From an uncultured archaeon (lineage in GTDB: Archaea > Thermoproteota > Bathyarchaeia > Bathyarchaeales > Bathycorpusculaceae): a DNA stretch of 64,000 nt. Numbering within the stretch: position 1 is the first letter of the stretch; every line of letters begins with the position of its first letter. The translations under genes were made by a program, and so were the position numbers. Below, piece by piece: positions 30,211-40,488 of this stretch. Location: the NCBI GenBank assembly GCA_963810275.1, contig CAWENF010000002.1:64001-128000 (forward strand), in the 5' to 3' direction. The notes under the pieces were generated by a model, which saw only the letters and a program-made list of their open reading frames with translations, did no database searches and had not been told where the DNA came from.

Positions 30211-31299
30211 ATGAAGCCTATTATCGTAGTTACTGGCACCCGCCCAGAAATCATAAAGATGGCTCCGATACTGCGCGCTCTTAAAAAAACCAATCTGCCT
30301 TACCTGTTTGTACATTGCGGGCAACACTACGACTACAATATGGCACAGCAATTCATCGAAAATCTTGAATTATCCACACCTGACAACTGGCTCAAAATTG
30401 ATTCCGCCTCGCCAGGAGCGCAAACAGCAGAGATCATGACCAAGATGGACCAGTTAATAGAAAAAGTTGACCCCTCGGCAGTTTTGGTTGAAGGCGACAC
30501 CAACACGGTGTTGGCATCGGCGTTGGCTGCAAGCAAGCGGGTCGTTCCAATTGGGCATGTTGAGGCGGGGCTGCGTAGTTTTGACTTGCGTATGCCAGAG
30601 GAGCATAACCGCCGCTTAACTGACCACATCTCCGAATACCTTTTTGCTCCAACAGAACGGGCGAAGTCAAATCTGCAGGGCGAGAACGTTTGGGGCAAAA
30701 TTTACCTTACAGGCAACACCGCAATAGACGCCGTCAACGAGCATCTGCCTATAGCTGAGAAAAAATCCAACATAATGGAGCAAATTCCGTTTGACAAGTT
30801 CGCCTTGGCAACAGCGCACAGAGCAGAAAACGTTGACGATCCCGCCGTGCTGCATTCGTTTATAGAGGTTTTTGAAAAGTCGCCATTGCCAATCGTTTAC
30901 CCGATGCATCCGCGTACTAGAAGGCGCCTCCAAGAAAACAGCTTACTCTCCAAAATTGAGGAAATGGATAACCTAAAGGTTTTTGGGCCTTTGGGTTACC
31001 TTGACTTTCTTATTTTAATGCTTAATTGTAGACTAATCATCACTGACTCAGGCGGTATCCAAGAAGAAGCCACTGCTCCCCAAATTCGAAAGCGAGTGCT
31101 TGTGACACGCCTTTCAACCGAGCGTCAAGAAGCAGTTGAAGCGGGATTTGCCACTGTTGTTGGTACTGATAGCAAAAAAATTTTAGAAGCCCTACACGAG
31201 GCTGCAGACACAAATGAAAATTTACCTTATTTCTCACCATTCGGCGACGGCAAAGCTGCATTTCGTACGGTGGAGCTCTTAAAGAAAAATCTATATTGA
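30211..31299 (+). CDS. wecB: UDP-N-acetylglucosamine 2-epimerase (non-hydrolysing)
   Basis: GTRPEIIK, GQHYD, GDTNT, HVEAGLRS, PEEHNR, TDSGGIQEEA. Confidence 0.95.
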   Translation: MKPIIVVTGTRPEIIKMAPILRALKKTNLPYLFVHCGQHYDYNMAQQFIENLELSTPDNWLKIDSASPGAQTAEIMTKMDQLIEKVDPSAVLVEGDTNTVLASALAASKRVVPIGHVEAGLRSFDLRMPEEHNRRLTDHISEYLFAPTERAKSNLQGENVWGKIYLTGNTAIDAVNEHLPIAEKKSNIMEQIPFDKFALATAHRAENVDDPAVLHSFIEVFEKSPLPIVYPMHPRTRRRLQENSLLSKIEEMDNLKVFGPLGYLDFLILMLNCRLIITDSGGIQEEATAPQIRKRVLVTRLSTERQEAVEAGFATVVGTDSKKILEALHEAADTNENLPYFSPFGDGKAAFRTVELLKKNLY

Positions 31300-31857
31300 T
31301 ATTTGCCGGTTTTTCACAATTACTTCTTCTACTGCGACAGACGCACTTGTATATTGGAACCAGAAATTCTGGGTTTATAGTTCAAGCCTAACACGTGGGA
31401 CATGCGGAAGGCACATTTTATTCCATTAATCAATAGCTTATGACAAAAGGCGCGGTTATGATTGCCAATGACCCTATTGCAAAACAAACTATCCATTCCA
31501 CTTTTAAAAAACACAGCGCACATGCCACTTCGGCAATTGAATGCCTACACAAACGATGACTGATGTTTTGTACTGACTGTGTGACCTGAATTCAAAGAGT
31601 TGTTGCAAGCAACATCTTAGCAGGTACAAAACAAAGCAACCTGATAGATGACCAATGAACCATGACCCTGCGGGGTGTGAAACAAAACTTAACTTTATAG
31701 CAAATAGGTTTGGGCAGTGAAACGCCTGCAAGTCGTTGAAAAGGTCAATTGTGGTTTGCTGAAATCTACTGACTTCACGGTTCAATAATCTTATTGATGA
31801 TTCTGTTTAACAATAGATATTTATTTTTTCATGATGATATAGGTAAGGCAAACTCGG

Positions 31858-32709
31858 ATGGCTGGATTAGAAGTGACCATATGCATAATGGGACTTGGCA
31901 ATATTGGTTTACCTGTAGCGTGCTACGCGCTAAAATATTATCCGCAGGTCCTCGGCTTTGACATAAACCCGCATGCGGTTAAGCGAGCAAAAGCGGAAGG
32001 CGTAGATGCTTTGACAGTACTCCAATATGCTGACATCTACGTCGTCTGTGTCAACACCTACTTCAGAGAGAACTCCCCAGACATGTCCGCCATTGACAGT
32101 TGCTGTAGGCAAATCAGCACCCTTAACCCTAACGCACTAGTCTGTTTTGAATCAACTCTTGCTGTCGGTACCGCTAGAAAAATGAGTTTAAAACATGGCA
32201 TAAGCTTTGTAGCTGTTTGCCCCCACAGATGGTGGGAGGAAGACCAGGATAACCACGGTGTCAGACAAAAGCGGGTTTTAGGCGCCTACGATAATGAAAG
32301 TTTAATCAAAGCTAAAGAGTTTTACCAAAAACTTGAAATCCCTCTGCATTTTGTTTCAACTCTGGAGGTTGCGGAAGCCAGCAAAATCGCTGAGAATGCC
32401 CACCGCTACGTTGAAATCGCGTTTGTCGAGGAACTCAAACTTATCGCTAGTAAGAATGGATTAGATTTTGAAGAGTGGCGTGAAGCTATAAACACTAAGT
32501 GGAATGTTAATCTGCTAGAGGCACGTGATGGCATCGGTAAAGAATGCCTGCCTAAAGACACAGCTTTCTTGGCAAGCTTGTTACCTGAATCTGGTCTGCT
32601 AAAAGGCGCCATGCAGACAAACGAAGCGTACATTCAGCGTTTCTGCAAGCATAAGGTTCCCCTTGAGCAGACCCCGCTTGTTTCAGTAGTAAAGCAGTGT
32701 GGACCTTAG
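31858..32709 (+). CDS. Short UDP-glucose/GDP-mannose dehydrogenase family protein lacking the C-terminal domain
   Basis: GLGNIG Rossmann, FEST, AEASKIAENAHR, catalytic GIGKECLPKD; 283 aa. Confidence 0.8.
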   Translation: MAGLEVTICIMGLGNIGLPVACYALKYYPQVLGFDINPHAVKRAKAEGVDALTVLQYADIYVVCVNTYFRENSPDMSAIDSCCRQISTLNPNALVCFESTLAVGTARKMSLKHGISFVAVCPHRWWEEDQDNHGVRQKRVLGAYDNESLIKAKEFYQKLEIPLHFVSTLEVAEASKIAENAHRYVEIAFVEELKLIASKNGLDFEEWREAINTKWNVNLLEARDGIGKECLPKDTAFLASLLPESGLLKGAMQTNEAYIQRFCKHKVPLEQTPLVSVVKQCGP

Positions 32710-33955
32710 GACTGGCGCTTGTATGCAACATAAACGTGTATTGATTGTATCGATAGTAAGCTGCGTTATTCTGCTGTTAATATACCGGTTAACGCACCTC
32801 TACAATCCGGTCTTATTCATCTACGCCATCGGAACCTCCCTTGTGTTGGGTTTAGTGCTCACGTTGTCAGTCAAATACAAAACAGTGCCCGTTGACTCTG
32901 AATATCAGCCTAAAGTCAGCATTGTACTGGCAGTCTTCAATGAACCCTTAGATGTGCTAAAACGGGTTATTCAGTCAACCCAGAAAGCCAAGTACTACCC
33001 AGGCAAAAAAGAAATCGTGGTTGTGGACGACGGAAGTGCCAACGACTCAGTAAGGCAACTAAGCAAACTTGTTGACCCAGACGAAGTTAAAATCATATTC
33101 TTTGAGCAGAACCGAGGCAACAAATTTGCGCGTATGGAAGGCATCAGAGCCGCAACAGGAGAAATCATGGTTTTCCTAGATTCAGACACCATACTAGAGG
33201 AAGATTCACTACTAAACATTGTTGCACCGTTCAAGAACCCCAAAGTAGGGTCTGTGAGTGGACATCTAAAGGTTGAAAATTGGAGCAAAAACCTGCTTAC
33301 AAAATTCCAAGAAGTCTGGTACTTCATCGGTTTTAGAGTTTACCGAGGCGCAGAATCCGAAATCGGAATGGTATCCTGCTGCGCGGGCGCTTTTTCTGCT
33401 CACCGCCGAGCTGCAATCACTCCTGAAGTGGAGCAGGAATGGATGTATGGAAAGTTTTTAGGTTTGGAGGTAACTGCAGGCGTAGACCGCGCTATCACAA
33501 ACTTGATTATCCGAGAGGGCTACGAAGCAGTGTACCAGATGGAAGCCGTAGCGCGAACAGAGGTACCAGATACTGCCAAAAAATTCGTCAAACAACAGGT
33601 CCGCTGGACCAAAAGCTGGATACGGGAAACCCTGTATATGATGACTTTCGCATATAAACGCAAAGAAAAAAGCATCTTTTTCTATCTAAGCACTCTCACG
33701 CACTTTATAAATTACGGTTTTCTGACTTTCATGCTGTTTATTTGTCCTTTCTTCATCGAGGACGGCTGGTTAGGAACTATATTCTACATTTTCAGCCTTT
33801 CACTCTTGGGTTTACTCTACGCCCTATACGCACGTAAACACACTCATGCATGGCTTTCAAGGGTGACTTTCCAATTAATTTTTTCACTAATTAGCGTCCC
33901 CATCTTCATCTACAGCCTCTTAACTTTGAAAGACAAGAAATGGGGGACCCGCTAA
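32699..33955 (+). CDS. Processive membrane GT2, hyaluronan synthase/NodC-like
   Basis: VDDGS, FLDSD, SCCAGAFSAHRR, GVDRAITN, QQVRWTKSWIRE; 2 N-terminal and about 3 C-terminal TMs; ends KWGTR. Confidence 0.85.
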   Translation: MDLRTGACMQHKRVLIVSIVSCVILLLIYRLTHLYNPVLFIYAIGTSLVLGLVLTLSVKYKTVPVDSEYQPKVSIVLAVFNEPLDVLKRVIQSTQKAKYYPGKKEIVVVDDGSANDSVRQLSKLVDPDEVKIIFFEQNRGNKFARMEGIRAATGEIMVFLDSDTILEEDSLLNIVAPFKNPKVGSVSGHLKVENWSKNLLTKFQEVWYFIGFRVYRGAESEIGMVSCCAGAFSAHRRAAITPEVEQEWMYGKFLGLEVTAGVDRAITNLIIREGYEAVYQMEAVARTEVPDTAKKFVKQQVRWTKSWIRETLYMMTFAYKRKEKSIFFYLSTLTHFINYGFLTFMLFICPFFIEDGWLGTIFYIFSLSLLGLLYALYARKHTHAWLSRVTFQLIFSLISVPIFIYSLLTLKDKKWGTR

Positions 33956-34067
33956 ACCTCATCTTTGTTTTTTCTTCGCTTATTTTTTGTCTTGTTTAAC
34001 CAAAAGCGATAAACACCACATCTCCACCAACAGTTAACTTAAAACCACCAAGCCCCGAGACAAGACT

Positions 34068-35654
34068 ATGAGCAAGACGGCAGACATGGCAAAGGTTTCT
34101 GCAAGAGGCGGCTTTCACTTACTTTGGGGTCTTGTAGTTTCTACGGCTATCTCGTCTGTTGGCACCATCATCATCGCTAATCTTTTAGGTTCAGACAACA
34201 TGGGCCTCTATGCCATCGCAGTCGCTGCCCCCAACTTGATTGCTAACTTCCGAGACTGGGGTGTTACAACCGCCATAGTCAGATACTCCGCTCAGTACAA
34301 CAGTGAAAACAACGCAGCCAAAGTGCGTAGCATCTTCATTTCTGGCTTTGCATTCGAAATTATTTTAGGTTTAGCCCTTGCCATTTTCTCAATTTCAATT
34401 TCAGGGTTCCTTGCAGATGCTTTTCAGCGTCCAGAAATCACCCCGCTAATTCAGATGACTTCTGTGTTTATTCTAATGGGCGGCTTGGTCAATACGGCGA
34501 CCGCGGCATTTACTGGCCTAGAAAAAATGCATCTCAACAGCATAATGCTGACTGTACAATCGATAGTTAAAACAAGCCTAATAATTCTGCTTGTACTATT
34601 CGGTTTTGGAACGTTGGGCGCAACTGCTGGCTTCACCGTAGCTGTCATAATTGCTGCGATAACCGGAATTTTGTTAACTTACACTATGTATTCAGCGCTA
34701 CCTAAAAGTGGCAAATCCGGCTTAGGCATATTTAAAGCAACAAAAACAATGCTAAAATATGGTTTTCCGATTTCTCTGGGTTCCATTTTAACAGGTTTTC
34801 TAACCCAATTTTACAGTTGGATTATGGCAATATTCGTCACTGACAACAGCGCTATAGGCAACTACTCTGTCGCCACAAACTTTGTAGTGCTAATCACTTT
34901 TTTTGCAGCGCCTGTAACAACTATGTTGCTGCCGGCCTTCTCAAAATTGGACTACCGTAAAGAGGGCTCAGCACTTCAAAATATTTTCCAGTACTCCGTC
35001 AAATACGCTGCGCTAATAGTTCTACCAATTACGACTATGGTTATGTCGTTGGCTCAACCAGCTATCAACATCCTTTTCCAAGACAAATATCCGCTTGCAT
35101 CCCTATACTTGGCATTGCTAGCGCTGATTTACTTCTATTCTGCGTTTGGTAACCTTAGCATCACTAACCTGATCAATAGCCAAGGCGACACAAAATACAA
35201 CTTATACCTCGCTGCGCTAACAGTGGCAGTCGGTTTCCCACTAAGCTGGATACTGGTTTCTCAATTTGGAATCATAGGTTTAATCGCAACCAGCACAGTT
35301 GTTAGTATACCCTCCCTAATTTGGAGCATCCGCTTCATCAAACAACGCTACGGCATCTCAATTGATTGGGTTTCCTCTACGAAAATCCTTTTCTCTGCAA
35401 TCTTAACTGGCATCGTAACCTACTTTTTTGTGTCTTGGCTGCCATTTAACAGTATAATTCAGTTGATTTTGGGAGCAGTCGAATTCATCGCCATTTTTCT
35501 TGTGCTGCTTGGGTTAAGCCGCACTTTGAGTCAAAATGATTTACGAAATATTCGCCAAATGGCTAGTGGGTTAGGACCACTAAAGAAAATAATCAATTTA
35601 TTCTTAGCTTTACTTGAAAAGTTAACTCCTAAGCCTAAACAACCCCAGAAATAA
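34068..35654 (+). CDS. Oligosaccharide flippase (Wzx/MOP family)
   Basis: About 14 TMs; DWGVTTAIVRY, IGNYSVA, LLPAFSK. Confidence 0.88.
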   Translation: MSKTADMAKVSARGGFHLLWGLVVSTAISSVGTIIIANLLGSDNMGLYAIAVAAPNLIANFRDWGVTTAIVRYSAQYNSENNAAKVRSIFISGFAFEIILGLALAIFSISISGFLADAFQRPEITPLIQMTSVFILMGGLVNTATAAFTGLEKMHLNSIMLTVQSIVKTSLIILLVLFGFGTLGATAGFTVAVIIAAITGILLTYTMYSALPKSGKSGLGIFKATKTMLKYGFPISLGSILTGFLTQFYSWIMAIFVTDNSAIGNYSVATNFVVLITFFAAPVTTMLLPAFSKLDYRKEGSALQNIFQYSVKYAALIVLPITTMVMSLAQPAINILFQDKYPLASLYLALLALIYFYSAFGNLSITNLINSQGDTKYNLYLAALTVAVGFPLSWILVSQFGIIGLIATSTVVSIPSLIWSIRFIKQRYGISIDWVSSTKILFSAILTGIVTYFFVSWLPFNSIIQLILGAVEFIAIFLVLLGLSRTLSQNDLRNIRQMASGLGPLKKIINLFLALLEKLTPKPKQPQK

Positions 35655-36046
35655 CAAACCTCTAACTGACGGTATTTTACTGGGTGCTAAGACAACGTTT
35701 CCTTTTTTCCTCGGCTAATTTGGGGAATTTACCACAACAATTTCCGCCTTTATGCTTACAGGTATAGCCTTCACTTGAGTAAAAAAGGAATGAGTAAGTA
35801 AATTCGCATTTTTATTGATGGGCACTATGTTATTAAAAAATAGGATCTTCACTACTTGACACTTCATTTTATGAATGACAATAGTTGATTATAAAATTTG
35901 ATCCAACGAACTTCTAACAGTTACATATGATTGGCTAAAAAACAGTTGGTTGGTGTAAATTTAATACAAACAGCAGTTGTCTTAGTGTAGCACATTCTTG
36001 CATAAATCATAATACCCCCTTTAGCAAAAGAGTACAGTGGATAATT

Positions 36047-37105
36047 ATGAAAGCGCTTGTTCTCAGCGGCGGTAAAGGAACCAGACTTAGACCATTAACG
36101 TTCACTTGTGCAAAACAGCTTATTCCAGTAGCGAACAAACCCATATTGGGCTACGTTTTAGACCAAGTTGCAGCAACCCCAATCAAAAAAACAGGCATAA
36201 TAACAGCCCACGAGACAGGTCAGTTCGTGCAGGACTACGTCAAAGACGGTTCTGCATGGAAGCTTAATGTCTGCTACATCCCGCAGGAACCTTTAGGTTT
36301 GGCACATGCTGTTAAGACCGCTAAAAAGTTTCTGGGACAAGATTCATTTGTTATGTGTCTAGGCGACAATGTTACCGGTCAAGGCTTGGGTGCTTTTGTT
36401 ACGAAATTCAAAAAAGAAAAATTAGATGCACTAATCATCCTAAAAGAGGTAGATAACCCCTCGGCGTTTGGTATCGCACAGTTGGATACGGAGGGCAATA
36501 TCGTGCGTTTGGTGGAGAAGCCTAAAACGTCCATTGGCAACCTCGCTATAATAGGCACCTACTTATTTTCCAACAAAATCCACAGCGCAATAGAAAGAAT
36601 TAAGCCTTCTTGGCGTGGCGAGCTTGAAATCACCGACGCCATCCAGGAAATGATCAATATGGGCTACAAAGTTAAAGCTGAAATTCTCAATTCCTGGTGG
36701 CTGGACACAGGCAAAAAAGATGACATCCTCTCCGCCAACGCCCGCATCCTTGATGAGTACATACGGCGAGACGTGCAGGGCACATTAACCGACAGCACGG
36801 TTGAAGGTCGCGTTTGCGTAGAGTCTAACACTAAAATAATAAACAGTACCATTCGGGGACCCTGCGTCATTGGCAAGAATGTAGTTATCGATAACTCGTT
36901 TATTGGACCTTATACCAGTATTGGGGACGGTACGAAAATCTATAACTCTAACCTCCAATATTGCGTCGTGCAAGACAACGTCTCAATAAAAGATGTCGAG
37001 CGTCTTGAAGACAGCTTAATCGGCAAAAATGCCAAAGTCACCCGCAGCCTCCGAAACCATGCATTAAAGCTACATGTTGGTGACTACTCGGAACTGGAAG
37101 TATAG
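36047..37105 (+). CDS. rmlA: Glucose-1-phosphate thymidylyltransferase (long form)
   Basis: LSGGKGTRLRPLT, KQLIPVANKP, EKP, RGELEITDA, C-terminal hexapeptide repeats. Confidence 0.93.
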   Translation: MKALVLSGGKGTRLRPLTFTCAKQLIPVANKPILGYVLDQVAATPIKKTGIITAHETGQFVQDYVKDGSAWKLNVCYIPQEPLGLAHAVKTAKKFLGQDSFVMCLGDNVTGQGLGAFVTKFKKEKLDALIILKEVDNPSAFGIAQLDTEGNIVRLVEKPKTSIGNLAIIGTYLFSNKIHSAIERIKPSWRGELEITDAIQEMINMGYKVKAEILNSWWLDTGKKDDILSANARILDEYIRRDVQGTLTDSTVEGRVCVESNTKIINSTIRGPCVIGKNVVIDNSFIGPYTSIGDGTKIYNSNLQYCVVQDNVSIKDVERLEDSLIGKNAKVTRSLRNHALKLHVGDYSELEV

Positions 37106-37159
37106 CACCCTATATCACCCTTAAATTTTAGGAATATTATAAATAATTTAAAAGAACAC

Positions 37160-37687
37160 TTGAAGATGGCGGCAATGACAGTTATGTTGGATGGCATCCG
37201 AGTTAAACCGATACGGCTTTTTCCAGACGAACGAGGGCACTTCTGCGAACTAATGCGAAGCGACTGGAACGACCTTTTTGGCAGCGACAAAATAAACCAA
37301 ATAAACCATTCGTTTACTTATCCCAACATAATTCGGGCTTGGCACCGTCACCTTCGCGGGCAAGTTGACTATTTCTTGGTTCTTAGAGGCGCAGCTAAAA
37401 TCTGCGCGTTTGATGACCAAACCGCTGAGTTAACCGAAGTCGTCTCAAGCGACTCAGATTTGCAGGTGGTTCGGATGCCAGGTCAGTACTGGCATGGATT
37501 CAAAGCAGTCGGCAACGAACCTACATTGCTTGTTTACTTCACCACCAACCTCTATAACCCCGCTGACCCCGACGAGGAACGCAGATCATGGAATGACCCA
37601 ACACTCATTCCCAAAACAATAAACGGCAAAACAGTGGATCCCCGTGTTGGTAAAAGCTGGGACTGGAACTATCTCCCGCATAAATGA
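37160..37687 (+). CDS. rmlC: dTDP-4-dehydrorhamnose 3,5-epimerase
   Basis: DERGHFCE, RAWHRH, WHGF cupin motifs. Confidence 0.9.
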   Translation: MKMAAMTVMLDGIRVKPIRLFPDERGHFCELMRSDWNDLFGSDKINQINHSFTYPNIIRAWHRHLRGQVDYFLVLRGAAKICAFDDQTAELTEVVSSDSDLQVVRMPGQYWHGFKAVGNEPTLLVYFTTNLYNPADPDEERRSWNDPTLIPKTINGKTVDPRVGKSWDWNYLPHK

Positions 37688-37697
37688 GTGATATATC

Positions 37698-38705
37698 ATG
37701 AAAGTGTTAGTTACTGGCGGCTTAGGATTTATAGGAAGCAACTTCTGCCGGCATATGCTTGCAGATTACCCCGACTATGAGTTAATTAACGTTGACAAGG
37801 TAGGCATAGGCGCTAATCCTGCTAACCTCCACGACGTAGAAAACAACAGGCGTTACACTTTCATTAAAGGTGACATCTGTAATCCCCAGCTAATGAACCG
37901 CTTAATACATCAAGTTGATGCCGTAGTTAACATCGCCGCAGAAACCCATGTGGACAGAAGCATCTCTGACCCAAATATGTTCCTTCAAAACAATACTTTA
38001 GGTACGTTTACGATTCTGGAGGCTATACGCCGCCACAACCACAAATGCCGCCTCCTCCAAGTTTCCACCGACGAAGTTTATGGTGAAGCCATAGAGGGGT
38101 CCTTCACCGAGTCCACATCGCCTAAACCCTCCAACCCCTACTCAGCGTCAAAAGCAGCAGCCGACATGTTCGTGCTCTCCTACTACAAAACGTTTGGATT
38201 AAACGTTTCAATTACACGTTGCACCAACAACTTTGGGCCATACCAGATGCCCGAGAAACTCATCCCAAAAACCGTTATCCGTGCGTTACGCGATTTACCT
38301 ATACCAATCTACGGGAAAGGTGCAAACATCCGCGACTGGATATACGTAGACGACCACTGCAGAGCCGTGAGCGTCGTACTTGAAAAGGGAAAACCAGGCG
38401 AAATCTATAATGTGTCAGCGGGAAACGAGAAAACTAATATTGAAATCGCCCACAAAATCATCGCCAAGCTAAACAAACCTGAAAACTTAATCACGTTTGT
38501 CGAGGACCGCCCCGGGCATGATGAACGCTACAGCTTGGATTCCTCTAAACTCCAAGCGGAACTTGGCTGGAGACCTAAAGCAATCTTCGAAGAGGCCCTA
38601 TCCTCTACGATTGAGTGGTATTTGGGTAACGAGCACTGGTGGACTCCGTTTGCCACTGAAGTTATTTTGCATCCTACTCCTTGGAAGCTTGGTGGTTTTC
38701 GTTGA
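37698..38705 (+). CDS. rmlB: dTDP-glucose 4,6-dehydratase
   Basis: GGLGFIGSNF, AAETHVDRS, STDEVYG, YSASK, DRPGHDERY. Confidence 0.96.
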   Translation: MKVLVTGGLGFIGSNFCRHMLADYPDYELINVDKVGIGANPANLHDVENNRRYTFIKGDICNPQLMNRLIHQVDAVVNIAAETHVDRSISDPNMFLQNNTLGTFTILEAIRRHNHKCRLLQVSTDEVYGEAIEGSFTESTSPKPSNPYSASKAAADMFVLSYYKTFGLNVSITRCTNNFGPYQMPEKLIPKTVIRALRDLPIPIYGKGANIRDWIYVDDHCRAVSVVLEKGKPGEIYNVSAGNEKTNIEIAHKIIAKLNKPENLITFVEDRPGHDERYSLDSSKLQAELGWRPKAIFEEALSSTIEWYLGNEHWWTPFATEVILHPTPWKLGGFR

Positions 38706-39592
38706 AGCTTCTTATCACAGGAGCCAGCGGACTTTACGGTTCGAAGCTGGCTCAACTTGCGTTGTGCCGAGGCATAGAAGTTTACTCTTCTGACATCAAA
38801 AACACTATGGTTTACGGCAGCTATGTGCACATGGACATCACAAAAAGAGATGAGGTTGAGGAAGTTTTCAAATCCGTCAAACCAGACGCTGTGGTGCACG
38901 CTGCTACTTTGACAGATGTAGATAAATGTGAGCTGGATAAGGCTCTAGCTTGGAAAGTCAATGTTGATGGCGCCAAAAACATCGCCGATACCTGCCAGGA
39001 AAAGGAGGCTTTTCTGTTCTATGTCTCTAGTGACTATGTTTTCAGCGGCGAGAAAGGTTGTTACCACGAGTACGACGCACGCGACCCTGTAAACTACTAC
39101 GGCTTAACTAAGATGGAGGCTGAGGACATTGTCAAGTGTCTACCCGAATACTTTATTGCCCGCCCCAGCGTGATTTACGGCGCCACACCGGCAGCTGGAA
39201 AAGTAAACTTTGCCCTCTGGCTCATTGAGACGTTAAGCAAGGGTGAGAAAGTCAAAATTGTTGAGGACCAGTGGAACACACCAACATTGAACACTAACTT
39301 GGCGGAGATGACCCTTGAGGCGCTTGAACGCCGCTTAACTGGCATATACCACCTCTGTGGCGCCACAAGAGTTAGCAGATTAGAGTTTGCCAGCAAAATC
39401 GCTGATGTATTTTGCTTGGACAAGGAGTTAATTGAACCTGTGAAGTCGGAGAATTTTACTCTACCAGCAAGGCGCCCCACTGACTCGTCCCTTGACACGT
39501 CCTATGCCCAGCGTGATCTCAAATCCAAGCCTTTGCCTTTGGGTGCAGCTTTGGCCCAGCTTAAAGTGGAGTTAACTCAAAAACCCACTTGA
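38681..39592 (+). CDS. rmlD: dTDP-4-dehydrorhamnose reductase
   Basis: ITGASGLYG, SSDYVFSG, YGLTK, DQWNTPT, ARRP; real start likely the TTG near 38702. Confidence 0.93.
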   Translation: MEAWWFSLKLLITGASGLYGSKLAQLALCRGIEVYSSDIKNTMVYGSYVHMDITKRDEVEEVFKSVKPDAVVHAATLTDVDKCELDKALAWKVNVDGAKNIADTCQEKEAFLFYVSSDYVFSGEKGCYHEYDARDPVNYYGLTKMEAEDIVKCLPEYFIARPSVIYGATPAAGKVNFALWLIETLSKGEKVKIVEDQWNTPTLNTNLAEMTLEALERRLTGIYHLCGATRVSRLEFASKIADVFCLDKELIEPVKSENFTLPARRPTDSSLDTSYAQRDLKSKPLPLGAALAQLKVELTQKPT

Positions 39593-39645
39593 GCGAGCAC
39601 AAGTGTTATGTAACTCAATAGTGAAATTGTGCATTGACCTGAGCC

Positions 39646-40008
39646 ATGATAAAACAAACTGGCATCAAGCAGATTGCCCAACAACGAATAGCTATTCTCT
39701 TTGAACAAGCCCATTTGGTGGCGCGTTCTAGCCCAAAGTTGGCGGCTGTATATGTAGAGTCCGCTAGGCGTATTGCTATGGCAGCGAGGATACGTTTTCC
39801 GCTTGAGTTTAGGCGACAAACCTGCCGGGAATGCAACGCGTTTTTTGTCCATGGCATAAACTGCCGTGTTAGGGTAAAACAGAAAAGAGAGCCCCACGTG
39901 GTAGTAACATGTTTAAACTGCGGAAACCAAACCCGTTATATGTTAAAGAAAAAGGTGCAAAAGTCAGTTGAGTATCAAGATTACAACAAGGATGAAGCGT
40001 CACGTTAG
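39646..40008 (+). CDS. rnp4: Ribonuclease P protein component 4 (Rpp21)
   Basis: IAQQRIAILF...ARRIAM, CREC...CLNCG Zn ribbon. Confidence 0.92.
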   Translation: MIKQTGIKQIAQQRIAILFEQAHLVARSSPKLAAVYVESARRIAMAARIRFPLEFRRQTCRECNAFFVHGINCRVRVKQKREPHVVVTCLNCGNQTRYMLKKKVQKSVEYQDYNKDEASR

Positions 40009-40291
40009 GCACGTCCTGAAAGATGAGAATCCCACGATTTGGGTGGGTAAGGACGGCTTATCTGAGCAGTCTGTAGCAGAAATTGAAAAGCAACTTCAGA
40101 AAAACAAGATGGTGAAGGTCCGGATCTTGCCAGCGGCGCTTCGGGAGTTAACCACTGCCGAGGAAATCGCCAAGAAAGCAGCGACAGCCACGGAGTCTGC
40201 GCTTGTTGAAGTCCGCGGTCACGTATTCATACTGTTTAGGAGACGCCGTACACCCGAGCTGGATCAGCAGCCTGAGCGATCTAAACCTTAA
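39968..40291 (+). CDS. yhbY: YhbY/CRM RNA-binding protein
   Basis: PTIWVGKDGL...EIEKQL...MVKVRI...VRGHVFILFR. Confidence 0.9.
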   Translation: MSIKITTRMKRHVRHVLKDENPTIWVGKDGLSEQSVAEIEKQLQKNKMVKVRILPAALRELTTAEEIAKKAATATESALVEVRGHVFILFRRRRTPELDQQPERSKP

Positions 40292-40488
40292 TTTCTTTTT
40301 TGCGAGTTTTTCGAAATCTAATTGTGGCAGCTCCTTTAACCGCTACCATGATTTAAATTCGCAGCAGAACACAATAGTGGCCACTTAGCCGCCTTAATAA
40401 CCGTTCACCTTCGTGATTAACTATTGATTGAAAAATAGTAAACCTTAAACGGACAGCATAACCACAATAGAATAGAAGGTATCCTAAA

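Noticed and set aside
31329-31785. Minus-strand ORFs between wecB and the dehydrogenase
   Set aside because: No recognisable motif, SD or coding-like composition.
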